DNA from: Filifactoraceae bacterium
Lineage (GTDB): Bacteria; Bacillota; Clostridia; Peptostreptococcales; Filifactoraceae
DNA: 64,000 bases
Direction: 5' to 3'
NCBI GenBank assembly: GCA_051655155.1
Contig: JBOFZL010000051.1
Coordinates: 18,637-82,636, forward strand
The notes under the pieces were generated by a model. It made no database searches and was not told the origin of the DNA. It saw only the letters and a list, made by a program, of their open reading frames with translations. The position numbers and the translations under genes were made by a program. Below, piece after piece: positions 10,617 to 19,083 of the stretch (position 1 is its first letter; the number at the start of each line of letters is the position of its first letter).

Positions 10617-11873
10617 ATGGACAACGCAAATGTTAAAGAGTCTTTGAATCCGTTTCACATTGCCCAAAGACAAGTGAAAAATGCTTGTGACAAATTAGGG
10701 GCAGAACCAGCAGTTTATGAAATTCTTAAGAACCCAATGAGAGTTATCGAAGTGTCATTTCCAGTTAAGATGGATGATGGAACAATAAGAACTTTCACTG
10801 GTTACAGATCTCAGCATAATAATGCTTGTGGACCTTACAAGGGTGGATTAAGATTTCACCCAGCTGTAAACATTGACGAGGTTAAGGCACTTTCTACTTG
10901 GATGACATTCAAGTGCTCTGTTACAGGAGTTCCATATGGTGGAGGAAAAGGTGGAATAGCTATCGATCCTAAAGATTTTTCTCAGGGAGAATTAGAGAGA
11001 ATTTCTAGAGGGTTTGCAGGTGCAATAGCTCCATTTATTGGTGAAAAAATAGATATTCCAGCTCCAGACGTAAATACTAACGGACAGATTATGTCTTGGA
11101 TGGTAGATGAGTATGCTAAGGTAACTGGAGAATATGCTCCAGGAGTATTCACAGGAAAGCCTATTGAATTTGGTGGTTCACTAGCTAGAACTGAAGCTAC
11201 TGGATACGGAGTTGCATTAATGGGTAAAGCTGCGCTTGAAAAATGCGGAGTTGATTTTAAAGGAGCTACTATAGCTGTTCAAGGATTTGGAAATGTTGGT
11301 AGTTATGCTGCTCTTTATGCTCATAGATTAGGAGCTAAGGTTGTTGCTGTATCTGATATTAATGTAACTATTTACAATGAAGATGGTCTTGATATCGAAA
11401 AAATGTTCGTAGATCCAGTTAAGCCATTGGCTAACAATGGATACGGAAAGACTATTACAAAAGAGGAATTCTTTGGTTTAGCAGTAGATGGTTTATTCCC
11501 ATGTGCATTGGAGAACCAAATCACTTCTGCAAACGCTGGAGTTATAAAGGCTAAGGTTGTTTGTGAGGGTGCTAATGGTCCTACTACTCCTGAAGCTGAT
11601 GAAATTTTAGTTAAAAATGGAGTTCTTGTAGTTCCGGATATTCTTGCAAACAGCGGTGGAGTTACAGTTTCTTACTTTGAGTGGGTTCAAAATCTTCAAA
11701 GATTTAGCTGGACTTTCGAAGATGTTCAAGCGAAGCAAGAAGGCTTAATGTACAAGGCGTTTGATGATATTTGGACTCTAATGGGAGAACATAAGGTAGA
11801 TATGAGAACTGCTGCATATATGATGTCAATCAAGAGAATTCAAGTAGCTATGAAATTCAGAGGCTGGTACTAA
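10617..11873 (+). CDS. gdh: Glu/Leu/Phe/Val-family glutamate dehydrogenase
   Basis: 418 aa with the catalytic-Lys region GPYKGGLRFHP...GVPYGGGKGG and the Rossmann motif VQGFGNVG. Confidence 0.95.
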   Translation: MDNANVKESLNPFHIAQRQVKNACDKLGAEPAVYEILKNPMRVIEVSFPVKMDDGTIRTFTGYRSQHNNACGPYKGGLRFHPAVNIDEVKALSTWMTFKCSVTGVPYGGGKGGIAIDPKDFSQGELERISRGFAGAIAPFIGEKIDIPAPDVNTNGQIMSWMVDEYAKVTGEYAPGVFTGKPIEFGGSLARTEATGYGVALMGKAALEKCGVDFKGATIAVQGFGNVGSYAALYAHRLGAKVVAVSDINVTIYNEDGLDIEKMFVDPVKPLANNGYGKTITKEEFFGLAVDGLFPCALENQITSANAGVIKAKVVCEGANGPTTPEADEILVKNGVLVVPDILANSGGVTVSYFEWVQNLQRFSWTFEDVQAKQEGLMYKAFDDIWTLMGEHKVDMRTAAYMMSIKRIQVAMKFRGWY

Positions 11874-11899
11874 GATTTACTAAACAATTAGAATTTTAG

Positions 11900-11940
11900 G
11901 ACAGTGTGTTAGGTATATATCTTGACACACTGTCTTTTTT
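11900..11940 (+). terminator. intrinsic terminator of gdh
   Basis: GACAGTGTGT...ACACACTGTC perfect 10-bp stem followed by TTTTTT. Confidence 0.75.
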
Positions 11941-12037
11941 ATTATTTAAATTATTAATTTTAAAAATGTTTGATTTTCCCTTTCTTTAAGTTATCAAGTA
12001 TGCTATAATCAGTGAAAATCACAATTTGGAGGTTAAA

Positions 12038-13438
12038 ATGGAATTATTTAATGAATTATTGGGGCAAGTGAATGATTTTCTATATGGTAAAATTTTGATT
12101 GCATTACTAATAGGAACAGGGCTTTATTTTACGTTTAGGACAGGTTTTGTTCAGTTTAGATTATTTATTGAATCTATAAGGGTTATTAGTGAGAAGAAAC
12201 ATGATGAAGATAGTGTTTCAAGCTTTGAGGCTCTTATGATTTCAACTGCTTCAAGAGTAGGAGTAGGAAATATTGCTGGGGTTGCATCAGCTATTGCTGC
12301 CGGTGGACCGGGAGCTGTCTTTTGGATGTGGATAATAGCTATTGTAGGTTCTGCATCTGCTTTTATTGAAAGTACTTTAGCTCAGATTTATAAAACTAAA
12401 AGTGGAGATGAGTTTAGGGGAGGACCCGCTTATTACATTGAAAAGGCATTAAATAGTAGAGGCCTAGGAATACTTTTCTCGATTTTACTGATACTTTGTT
12501 TTGCTTATGGATTTAATGGATTACAGTCACATACAATAACTTCAGCTTTTGAAATTTATATAGGAGATGGATTTAGAGAATCTCTATGGCCATTGGTTAT
12601 AGGAGCAATTATTGCTTTAGCTACTGCGTATGTTATTTTTGGTGGTATGCATAGAATAGGGTTTATCTCATCTTATATTGTGCCTATTATGGCCTTTGTA
12701 TATTTAGCTATGGGTATCTATATAACTATTAGAAATTTTGGAGTAATTCCAGAGGTTTTCAACATAATATTGAAAGAGGCTTTTGATATACAGGCTATAT
12801 CAGGAGGCTTTGCAGGCTCTTGTGTAGTTATAGGTATAAAGAGGGGATTATTTTCAAACGAAGCAGGTATGGGTTCTGCACCAAATGCAGCAGCAACAGC
12901 TGATGTAAGTCACCCTGTCAAACAAGGTTTAGTTCAGGTTTTTTCAGTGTTCATTGATACTATGCTAATTTGTACTACTACAGCTTTTATGATATTACTA
13001 ACAGGTGCGTATAAGGTGGAAGGATTATCGGCATTACCGCTGGTTCAAGAGGCTGTAAGTTCTCAAGTAGGAAATTGGGGAATTCATTTTATAACATTTT
13101 CAATTTGTACTTTTGCATATAGCTCAATCATAGGAAACTATGCTTACGCAGAATCAAATATAAAGTTTATAAGTGATAACAAGCAAGTGTTGACTATATT
13201 TAGACTTAGCTGTATTGCTATGGTATTAGCAGGTTCTTTAGCTAGTTTTGATTTAGTTTGGAATATGGCAGATGTATTTATGGGCTTTATGGCTATTGAA
13301 AATATACTTGTTATTTTAATTTTAGGAAACATAGCGATAAAAGCTTTAAAAGATTATACAGATCAGAAAAAATTAGGGAAAGAGCCAATATTTTTGGCTA
13401 AAAATATTGGTTTAGACAATACAGATGTTTGGAAATAA
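12038..13438 (+). CDS. alanine/glycine:cation symporter (AGCS family)
   Basis: About 466 aa, polytopic. Motifs SSFEALMISTASRVGVGNIAGVA and GLFSNEAGMGSAPNAAA are AGCS hallmarks. Start moved to the ATG at 12038 (GGAGG 7 nt upstream). An extended -10 TGCTATAAT sits at 12001-12009. Confidence 0.9.
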   Translation: MELFNELLGQVNDFLYGKILIALLIGTGLYFTFRTGFVQFRLFIESIRVISEKKHDEDSVSSFEALMISTASRVGVGNIAGVASAIAAGGPGAVFWMWIIAIVGSASAFIESTLAQIYKTKSGDEFRGGPAYYIEKALNSRGLGILFSILLILCFAYGFNGLQSHTITSAFEIYIGDGFRESLWPLVIGAIIALATAYVIFGGMHRIGFISSYIVPIMAFVYLAMGIYITIRNFGVIPEVFNIILKEAFDIQAISGGFAGSCVVIGIKRGLFSNEAGMGSAPNAAATADVSHPVKQGLVQVFSVFIDTMLICTTTAFMILLTGAYKVEGLSALPLVQEAVSSQVGNWGIHFITFSICTFAYSSIIGNYAYAESNIKFISDNKQVLTIFRLSCIAMVLAGSLASFDLVWNMADVFMGFMAIENILVILILGNIAIKALKDYTDQKKLGKEPIFLAKNIGLDNTDVWK

Positions 13439-13448
13439 TAAAATTAAT

Positions 13449-13488
13449 AAAATGGACTTTGATTAATATCAAGGTCCATTTTATTTTA
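13449..13488 (+). terminator. intrinsic terminator of the AGCS symporter gene
   Basis: AAAATGGACTTTGAT-taat-ATCAAGGTCCATTTT (15-bp stem with one G.U pair), then a T-rich tail. Confidence 0.7.
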
Positions 13489-13613
13489 TAGATATTTGAT
13501 TAAATATGAAAAGGTATAGAAAAAACTTTATGGATATATTATAATAACAAAAAAGAAGATGCATACAAGAATACTATTAATTATGGCATTGTCTAAAATT
13601 TAGGAGGGTTTTT

Positions 13614-13874
13614 ATGGATAAGTATATTGTGTTTGGTAATAAGTTTTGAAAAGGTTGTGAACCGGTAAAAGAGTTTCTTTTACAAAAAAATATAAATTAC
13701 ATTTACTTAGATATTAGTGAAAACATATTTAATTTGAAACAATTTTTAAAGTATAGGGATCACAAAAATGAATTTGATGATGCAAAAAAAATGGGATTGA
13801 TAGGTATACCTGTATTAGTTGTTAATAACGGTGAATATATAACTTTTGATATAGAAGGATATTTTAATAAATAG
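13614..13874 (+). CDS. glutaredoxin/thioredoxin-fold protein with an in-frame UGA at the first redox position (UxxC); candidate selenoprotein
   Basis: RBS AGGAGGG lies 7 nt before the ATG at 13614. My own translation is MDKYIVFGNKF-[TGA 13647-13649]-KGCEPVKEFLLQKNINYIYLDISENIFNLKQFLKYRDHKNEFDDAKKMGLIGIPVLVVNNGEYITFDIEGYFNK-TAG. The frame stays open for 74 codons after the TGA. The order is beta1 strand, then U-K-G-C, then helix, with a cis-Pro GIP motif. A 7-bp hairpin lies 16 nt after the UGA. The gene is absent from the ORF track because of the TGA. Confidence 0.7.
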
Positions 13875-13883
13875 GAGGAGCCA

Positions 13884-15143
13884 ATGAGTTATACGGATAT
13901 CTTAAGAAGGGAAGTAGTACCAGCTCTAGGATGTACAGAGCCTATAGCAATAGCTTTAGCAACAGCAACAGCTAAAGTGCATTCAACAGGAGAACTTAAA
14001 AGCATTAAACTTATTGCTAGCAAGAATATAATTAAAAACGCAATGGGGGTAGGTATACCTAAAACTAATTTAGTAGGAATAGATCTAGCTATGGCTTTAG
14101 GTTATATAAATGGAGATGCTTCAAAAGGTCTTGAAGTTTTGGAAAATATAAGCGAAGATGATATAAAGTTAGCTAAGAAGATTGTAGAATCAGGAGTTAT
14201 AAGTACAGATTTGTCAAAAACTACCTTGAAATTATATATAGAAGTGATTCTTGTAACTACTGAAACTGTAGTAAAGGTTATATTAAAAGACTCCCATAGT
14301 AATATTGTTTATATAAGTAAGGATGAAAAGGTTATTTTTGAAAAGAATATATCAAAAGAAGTTGTTAAGGTAACTGAAGAAAAGCTTTCTTTAGAAGAAA
14401 TATATAAGTATGTAACTAATGTGGATATTGAAGAAATAAAATTTATGTTAGATGGGCCTGATATGAACGTTAAAATATCTGAAGATGGATTGGATAATCA
14501 TTATGGGTTGGAAATAGGCAGGACAATAAAGGAAAATGTAAATAAAGGGTATTTGAGCGATGATATGATGAATTATGCTATAGCAATGACTGTAGCAGCT
14601 ACAGATGCTAGAATGGCAGGCTCTTCTTTGCCAGTAATGTCTACTTCTGGAAGTGGTAATCAAGGAATAATTGCAACTCTTCCGATTTATGCAATAGGAA
14701 AGAGGTTGGACAGTGGAGAAGAAAAGCTATCTAGGGCTATAGCCTTAAGCCATTTAATGACCTTTTATATTAAGGGGTATTTAGGTAGGCTGTCAGCATT
14801 ATGTGGTTGTGGAGTGGCTGCTGGGATTGGTTCCAGTTGTGGGATTACCTATCTTTTAGGAGGGAGTGTTGATCAGGTGGGCTATGCAGTTAAGAATATG
14901 ATAGGTGACGTGGCAGGAATGGTATGTGATGGGGCAAAAACTGGTTGTAGCTTAAAAGCATCATCTTGCACTTATGCAGCTATAAGGTCAGCGTTAATGG
15001 CTATGGATGATAATTGTGTATCAGCTAAGGATGGGATAGTGGCTGAAAGCGTGGAGCAGAGTATCAAAAATCTTTCAAGGCTTGCCAATGAAGGTATGGA
15101 AAATGCTGATGCTATAATGTTAGATATAATGTTAAATAAGTAA
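13884..15143 (+). CDS. UPF0597 family protein (YhaM/CyuA-like L-cysteine desulfidase family, serine-dehydratase-alpha-like fold)
   Basis: 419 aa. N-terminal VVPALGCTEPIAIALATA plus later Cys-rich segments SALCGCGVAAG and MVCDGAKTGCSLK are characteristic of UPF0597. It starts 9 nt after the stop of the UxxC gene. Confidence 0.8.
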   Translation: MSYTDILRREVVPALGCTEPIAIALATATAKVHSTGELKSIKLIASKNIIKNAMGVGIPKTNLVGIDLAMALGYINGDASKGLEVLENISEDDIKLAKKIVESGVISTDLSKTTLKLYIEVILVTTETVVKVILKDSHSNIVYISKDEKVIFEKNISKEVVKVTEEKLSLEEIYKYVTNVDIEEIKFMLDGPDMNVKISEDGLDNHYGLEIGRTIKENVNKGYLSDDMMNYAIAMTVAATDARMAGSSLPVMSTSGSGNQGIIATLPIYAIGKRLDSGEEKLSRAIALSHLMTFYIKGYLGRLSALCGCGVAAGIGSSCGITYLLGGSVDQVGYAVKNMIGDVAGMVCDGAKTGCSLKASSCTYAAIRSALMAMDDNCVSAKDGIVAESVEQSIKNLSRLANEGMENADAIMLDIMLNK

Positions 15144-15175
15144 AAAATGTGGCTGATTATATCAGCCACATTTTT
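15143..15175. terminator. bidirectional intrinsic terminator (UPF0597 gene / 3D-domain gene)
   Basis: AAAAATGTGGCTGAT-tat-ATCAGCCACATTTTT, a perfect 15-bp stem. Confidence 0.8.
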
Positions 15176-15178
15176 ATA

Positions 15179-16780
15179 TTAAGATATTTTCCAAATTTTT
15201 ACTGAACGTCTTCCCCAATTTAAGGCATTTTTGTGAGTATCTACTACCATGTCTATTTTTTTACCTTTTATCGCCCCACCAGTATCTGTAGCAGTAACAT
15301 AGTAAATTTTCCCAGAAGAGTCTTGTATTTTTAGTTTTGTACCAAGTTTTATAACTCTAGGGTCTACAGCTATGGTTTTATAAGGTATGGGAGCTGTTCC
15401 AGAGGCAGTTCTTGATGGAGTTCCATTATTACATATATGGTGATAGTTTTCTGTACAATAGGCTGTACTGGAAAATGTTCCTAATAATATTTCGCCTTTT
15501 GATGAAACATTGGTTGTTTTTTCAGGATTAGCCTTTACTTCAGGTGTTTGCTTTACCTGTGGTGGAATATAAGCTGGAAGTTCAACTGTATTTGTTATTG
15601 TACCGTGAGAATCCACTATAGAGTCTGTTCTTTTGGTTAAAGTAGTTATAATTCCACCTTCCAGAACTGATATGTTTGTTTTGTTGGCTTTTTCTCCTGC
15701 ATATACAGATTCTGCCATACCAGATATTTCGACCTTTGAATTAGTTCCAATTAGATTCACAATATTAACCTTAGAGTTTTTATCAATTGAAACTTTAACA
15801 TCTTCAGATATTTCAATTCTATCTACTTTACCACTTGCTAAATTAAAATTTTCTCCGGAATTCCATAGATTTACATTAGGAATATTACCTTGTATAGTTA
15901 ATTCTCCGTTAGATTTCACAACTTTAAGAGCTGAAGCCTTAGTTTTTTCATTTAGGGTGATAAGAGAAGTATTATCTCTATTTTCAACTAAGATAGTGTC
16001 AAGAGAGCTATCTACTATATTTATAGTTTTACCACCTCTTATTATAGTTTGTCCTTTAACATTAATATTTTCAAGGTTTATTGTTCCTGAGGAAGCACCT
16101 TCAGCAATAATTAGATTTTTATTTATAGTTACATTTTTAAGATTAACATTTGAATCGTTAATAATAAGGCTACCATCTATTGCTTCAGAGTAAACTTTAC
16201 CTTCTTTATATATGTCAGATATACTAAGGTTAGCCATTGTAAGAAATTCTTCTTTGGTGATAGCTTGGTTAGGATTAAACTCACTACCAAAAGGCAGATT
16301 GCCCATATCCTTCATAGCTCTTATATAAGGAATAGCAGAACTTATGATTTTTGAATTATCAGTGTAACCTGAATCCATTTGTCCAAAATCAACCTTCATA
16401 CCGATGGCTTTAGCAAAGACAACAACAGCATCTTCTCTTGTCATTGGGTTTAATGGATTCATTTTGTTGTCTACAGCTACTAAAAGATTTGCTTTTTCGA
16501 CTTTTAACATAGAGTCTAAGTGTTCACTGGATAAATCGCTATAATTACTGCTTGTCTTACATTGAAGTTTCATTAGATTGTTTATAAAATTAGCAAATTC
16601 TATTCTTTTAACAGGTTTATCATATTCTAATATCCAGTTTTCTTTAGAGATTATTGATCTTTCCTCCCACGCTATAGCCATTTTATTTAAGCTTGACATA
16701 GTTGGTTCAGCGTTAACAGTTCCTAGTGATGAGGTTGCAATTAACGTTGTTAACAACATAAAACTTATTATTTTTTTCAT
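15179..16780 (-). CDS. secreted cell-wall protein: signal peptide, SLH-like repeats, repetitive beta-rich middle, C-terminal 3D (MltA/RlpA-like double-psi beta-barrel) domain
   Basis: Signal peptide MKKIISFMLLTTLIATSSLGTVNA. SLH-like segments (NPMTREDAVVVFAKAIG; FNPNQAITKEEFLTMAN). C-terminus STAYCTEN...GTAPIPYKTIAVDPRVIKLGTKLKI...YVTATDTGGAIKGKKIDMVV matches the 3D domain. Confidence 0.8.
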   Translation of the reverse strand: MKKIISFMLLTTLIATSSLGTVNAEPTMSSLNKMAIAWEERSIISKENWILEYDKPVKRIEFANFINNLMKLQCKTSSNYSDLSSEHLDSMLKVEKANLLVAVDNKMNPLNPMTREDAVVVFAKAIGMKVDFGQMDSGYTDNSKIISSAIPYIRAMKDMGNLPFGSEFNPNQAITKEEFLTMANLSISDIYKEGKVYSEAIDGSLIINDSNVNLKNVTINKNLIIAEGASSGTINLENINVKGQTIIRGGKTINIVDSSLDTILVENRDNTSLITLNEKTKASALKVVKSNGELTIQGNIPNVNLWNSGENFNLASGKVDRIEISEDVKVSIDKNSKVNIVNLIGTNSKVEISGMAESVYAGEKANKTNISVLEGGIITTLTKRTDSIVDSHGTITNTVELPAYIPPQVKQTPEVKANPEKTTNVSSKGEILLGTFSSTAYCTENYHHICNNGTPSRTASGTAPIPYKTIAVDPRVIKLGTKLKIQDSSGKIYYVTATDTGGAIKGKKIDMVVDTHKNALNWGRRSVKIWKIS

Positions 16781-16976
16781 ATTTTATTCTCCTTAATTAT
16801 GTTAATGTAAATTTTTTGTAATTATTTTGGCACGAGATAGATTATATCAGTTTTTTATTAATATGTCAAAAAAGTTACAAAAACTCATTTGAATCAATGG
16901 AAATGATAGGCTTTAGACTTTCTATTGTGGATAATACTTTTATGTGTTAGAATATATGGAGCAAAAGGGATAAAAG

Positions 16977-17125
16977 AAAGCGCCTGAGCCATTTTATGGT
17001 TGACGAGGGTAAGAGTTATCGAAATTTTCGGCGGATGCTCTTAGGGTTCCACAATCCAAGAAATATACAAAGTTAGAGAGTAATCTTTGATACAAAGGTA
17101 TTTCCTGTGGCTCTTTTGCATAATT
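16977..17125 (+). ncRNA. glmS ribozyme: glmS ribozyme (GlcN6P-activated self-cleaving leader)
   Basis: Core signature read directly: A-GCGCCTGAGCC...TTGACGAGGGTAAGAGTTATCGAAATTTTCGGCGGATGCTC. This corresponds to the AGCGCC cleavage-site region, GACGAGG, AUCGAA and UCGGCGGAUGC boxes. It lies immediately upstream of glmS. The 3' boundary is approximate. A possible extended -10 TGTTAGAAT sits at 16944-16952. Confidence 0.9.
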
Positions 17126-17149
17126 TTAAATGTTGAAGGAGAGAATTTT

Positions 17150-18976
17150 ATGTGTGGAATAGTAGGATATACTGGGAGTGACAGAGCCTCTCAAATAATC
17201 TTAAGTGGATTAGAAAAATTAGAGTATAGGGGATATGATTCATCAGGAATAAGTTTATGTGTCAATAATATGATTGAAACAGTAAAGTTTACAGGTAGAC
17301 TTAGGAATCTTACGGAACATCTGGAAGTCAGACCTGTAAGAGCAAATGTTGGTATTGGACATACTAGATGGGCTACTCATGGAGAACCATCTGAAAGGAA
17401 CTCCCATCCTCATATGAATGCTGATGGGACAATATCTGTTGTTCATAACGGAATAATTGAGAATTATCAAGAATTAAAAGAAGATTTGATTAATAAGGGT
17501 TACTTTTTTGTTTCAGAAACTGATACGGAGGTTGTAGTTCATCTCATAGATTATTGTTACAGAGGGGATATTTTAAAGGCTGTATTTGAGGCTGTTAATA
17601 AGCTTAAAGGAGCATTTGCTCTAGGTATAATATCTTCGAATGAGCCAGAAAAGCTTATTGGAGTTAGAAAAGAGTCACCATTAATATTAGGCATAGGTAA
17701 GGGGGAAAATTATATTGCCTCTGATATTCCAGCTATATTGGAATATACTAGGGATGTGATTTTTTTAGAAAACGGTGAAATTGCAGAATTGACTAAAGAT
17801 GGAGTTAATTTGTTTGACTTTGAAGGAAATACTGTAAACCGAGAGTGTTTTCATGTGGATTGGGATATTGAGGCTGCATCTAAAGGTGGATATGAACACT
17901 TTATGCTTAAGGAAATATTTGAACAACCTATTGCCATCAAAGATACAATACAAAGAAGACTTGATGATGAAGGTTATATAAAGTTAGATGATATAAAGTT
18001 AGATAAGAAGGCTTTGGAAAATATAACTAAGATATATATTGTGGCTTGTGGAACTGCTTATCATGCAGGAAAAGTTGGAAAATTTGCTATAGAGAAGCTA
18101 GCGAAGATTCCTGTAGAAACAGATATAGCTTCTGAGTTTAGATATTCAGATCCTTTTGTTGATGAAAATACTTTGCTTATTTTAGTTAGTCAATCGGGAG
18201 AAACAGCAGATACTCTAGCAGCCTTAAGAGAGGCGAAGAGAAAAGGTGCTCGTATAATGTCCATCACAAATGTAGTAGGATCATCAATTGCAAGAGAGTC
18301 AAATGATGTACTATATACTTGGGCAGGACCAGAGGTAGCAGTTGCCTCTACCAAGGCATATACTACTCAATTAGTAGCTTTCTATATGATTGCATTAGAT
18401 ATGGCATTAAAGAAAGAAACTATAAGCGTTGAAGAGTATCATAACTATATTAATGAAATTATGAAACTTCCTGAAAAAGTATCGGAAATCATAGAAAATC
18501 TTGATGCAGAGAAGTATGTAGCTGAAAGTATATGTGATATAAATGCACTTTTCTATTTAGGAAGGGGCGTAGATTATCAAACTGCATTAGAAGGCGCTTT
18601 AAAGCTAAAGGAGATTTCATATATATATACAGAAGCTTTTGCGGCAGGGGAGTTAAAACATGGAACTATAGCGTTGATTGAGGAGGGAACTCCTGTAATT
18701 GCAGTAGCAACACAAGAAAATCTTATAGAGAAAATGGTATCAAATATAAGAGAGGTTAAGGCTAGAGGTGCAAAGGTATACTCTATAACTACTAAGACTC
18801 ATAAAGATATTCAAGAGGTTTCGGATTATACTATATTTATTCCGGAAACTATTGATATATTACAACCTATTTTAAGTGTAGTGCCTTGTCAGGCTATTGC
18901 CTACTATACATCTGTATATAAGGGGAATGATGTGGATAAACCAAGAAATCTTGCAAAATCTGTTACTGTTGAATAA
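17150..18976 (+). CDS. glmS: glutamine--fructose-6-phosphate aminotransferase (isomerizing)
   Basis: Begins MCGIVGY (obligate N-terminal Cys after Met removal) with RBS GAAGGAGAG 6 nt upstream. Two SIS domains, C-terminal DKPRNLAKSVTVE. The ORF-track start at 17087 lies inside the ribozyme and is rejected. Confidence 0.97.
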   Translation: MCGIVGYTGSDRASQIILSGLEKLEYRGYDSSGISLCVNNMIETVKFTGRLRNLTEHLEVRPVRANVGIGHTRWATHGEPSERNSHPHMNADGTISVVHNGIIENYQELKEDLINKGYFFVSETDTEVVVHLIDYCYRGDILKAVFEAVNKLKGAFALGIISSNEPEKLIGVRKESPLILGIGKGENYIASDIPAILEYTRDVIFLENGEIAELTKDGVNLFDFEGNTVNRECFHVDWDIEAASKGGYEHFMLKEIFEQPIAIKDTIQRRLDDEGYIKLDDIKLDKKALENITKIYIVACGTAYHAGKVGKFAIEKLAKIPVETDIASEFRYSDPFVDENTLLILVSQSGETADTLAALREAKRKGARIMSITNVVGSSIARESNDVLYTWAGPEVAVASTKAYTTQLVAFYMIALDMALKKETISVEEYHNYINEIMKLPEKVSEIIENLDAEKYVAESICDINALFYLGRGVDYQTALEGALKLKEISYIYTEAFAAGELKHGTIALIEEGTPVIAVATQENLIEKMVSNIREVKARGAKVYSITTKTHKDIQEVSDYTIFIPETIDILQPILSVVPCQAIAYYTSVYKGNDVDKPRNLAKSVTVE

Positions 18977-18993
18977 ATCATTAAATATAATGA

Positions 18994-19032
18994 AAAAAGC
19001 TACAGCTTTAAGGAAAAAGCTGTAGCTTTTTT
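18994..19032. terminator. bidirectional intrinsic terminator (glmS / pdp)
   Basis: AAAAAGCTACAGCTTT-aaggaa-AAAGCTGTAGCTTTTT, a perfect 16-bp stem. Confidence 0.8.
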
Positions 19033-19083
19033 ATCATTTTAATAATATTTACTTATATAAATTAATATATAATTTATTAACTT

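Noticed and set aside
13614-13874. An alternative reading of the TGA-interrupted Grx-like frame as a simple nonsense-mutated pseudogene.
   Set aside because: Not fully excluded, but disfavoured. The stop is exactly at the redox-active Cys position. The rest of the frame (74 codons) and the RBS are intact. A SECIS-compatible hairpin follows at the right distance. This needs the genome-wide sel gene check.
17087-17149. The 21-codon N-terminal extension of glmS given by the ORF track (MIQRYFLWLFCIILNVEGENF-).
   Set aside because: GlmS must begin Met-Cys because Cys1 is the catalytic nucleophile. The extension overlaps the glmS ribozyme, and the RBS GAAGGAGAG sits right before the ATG at 17150.
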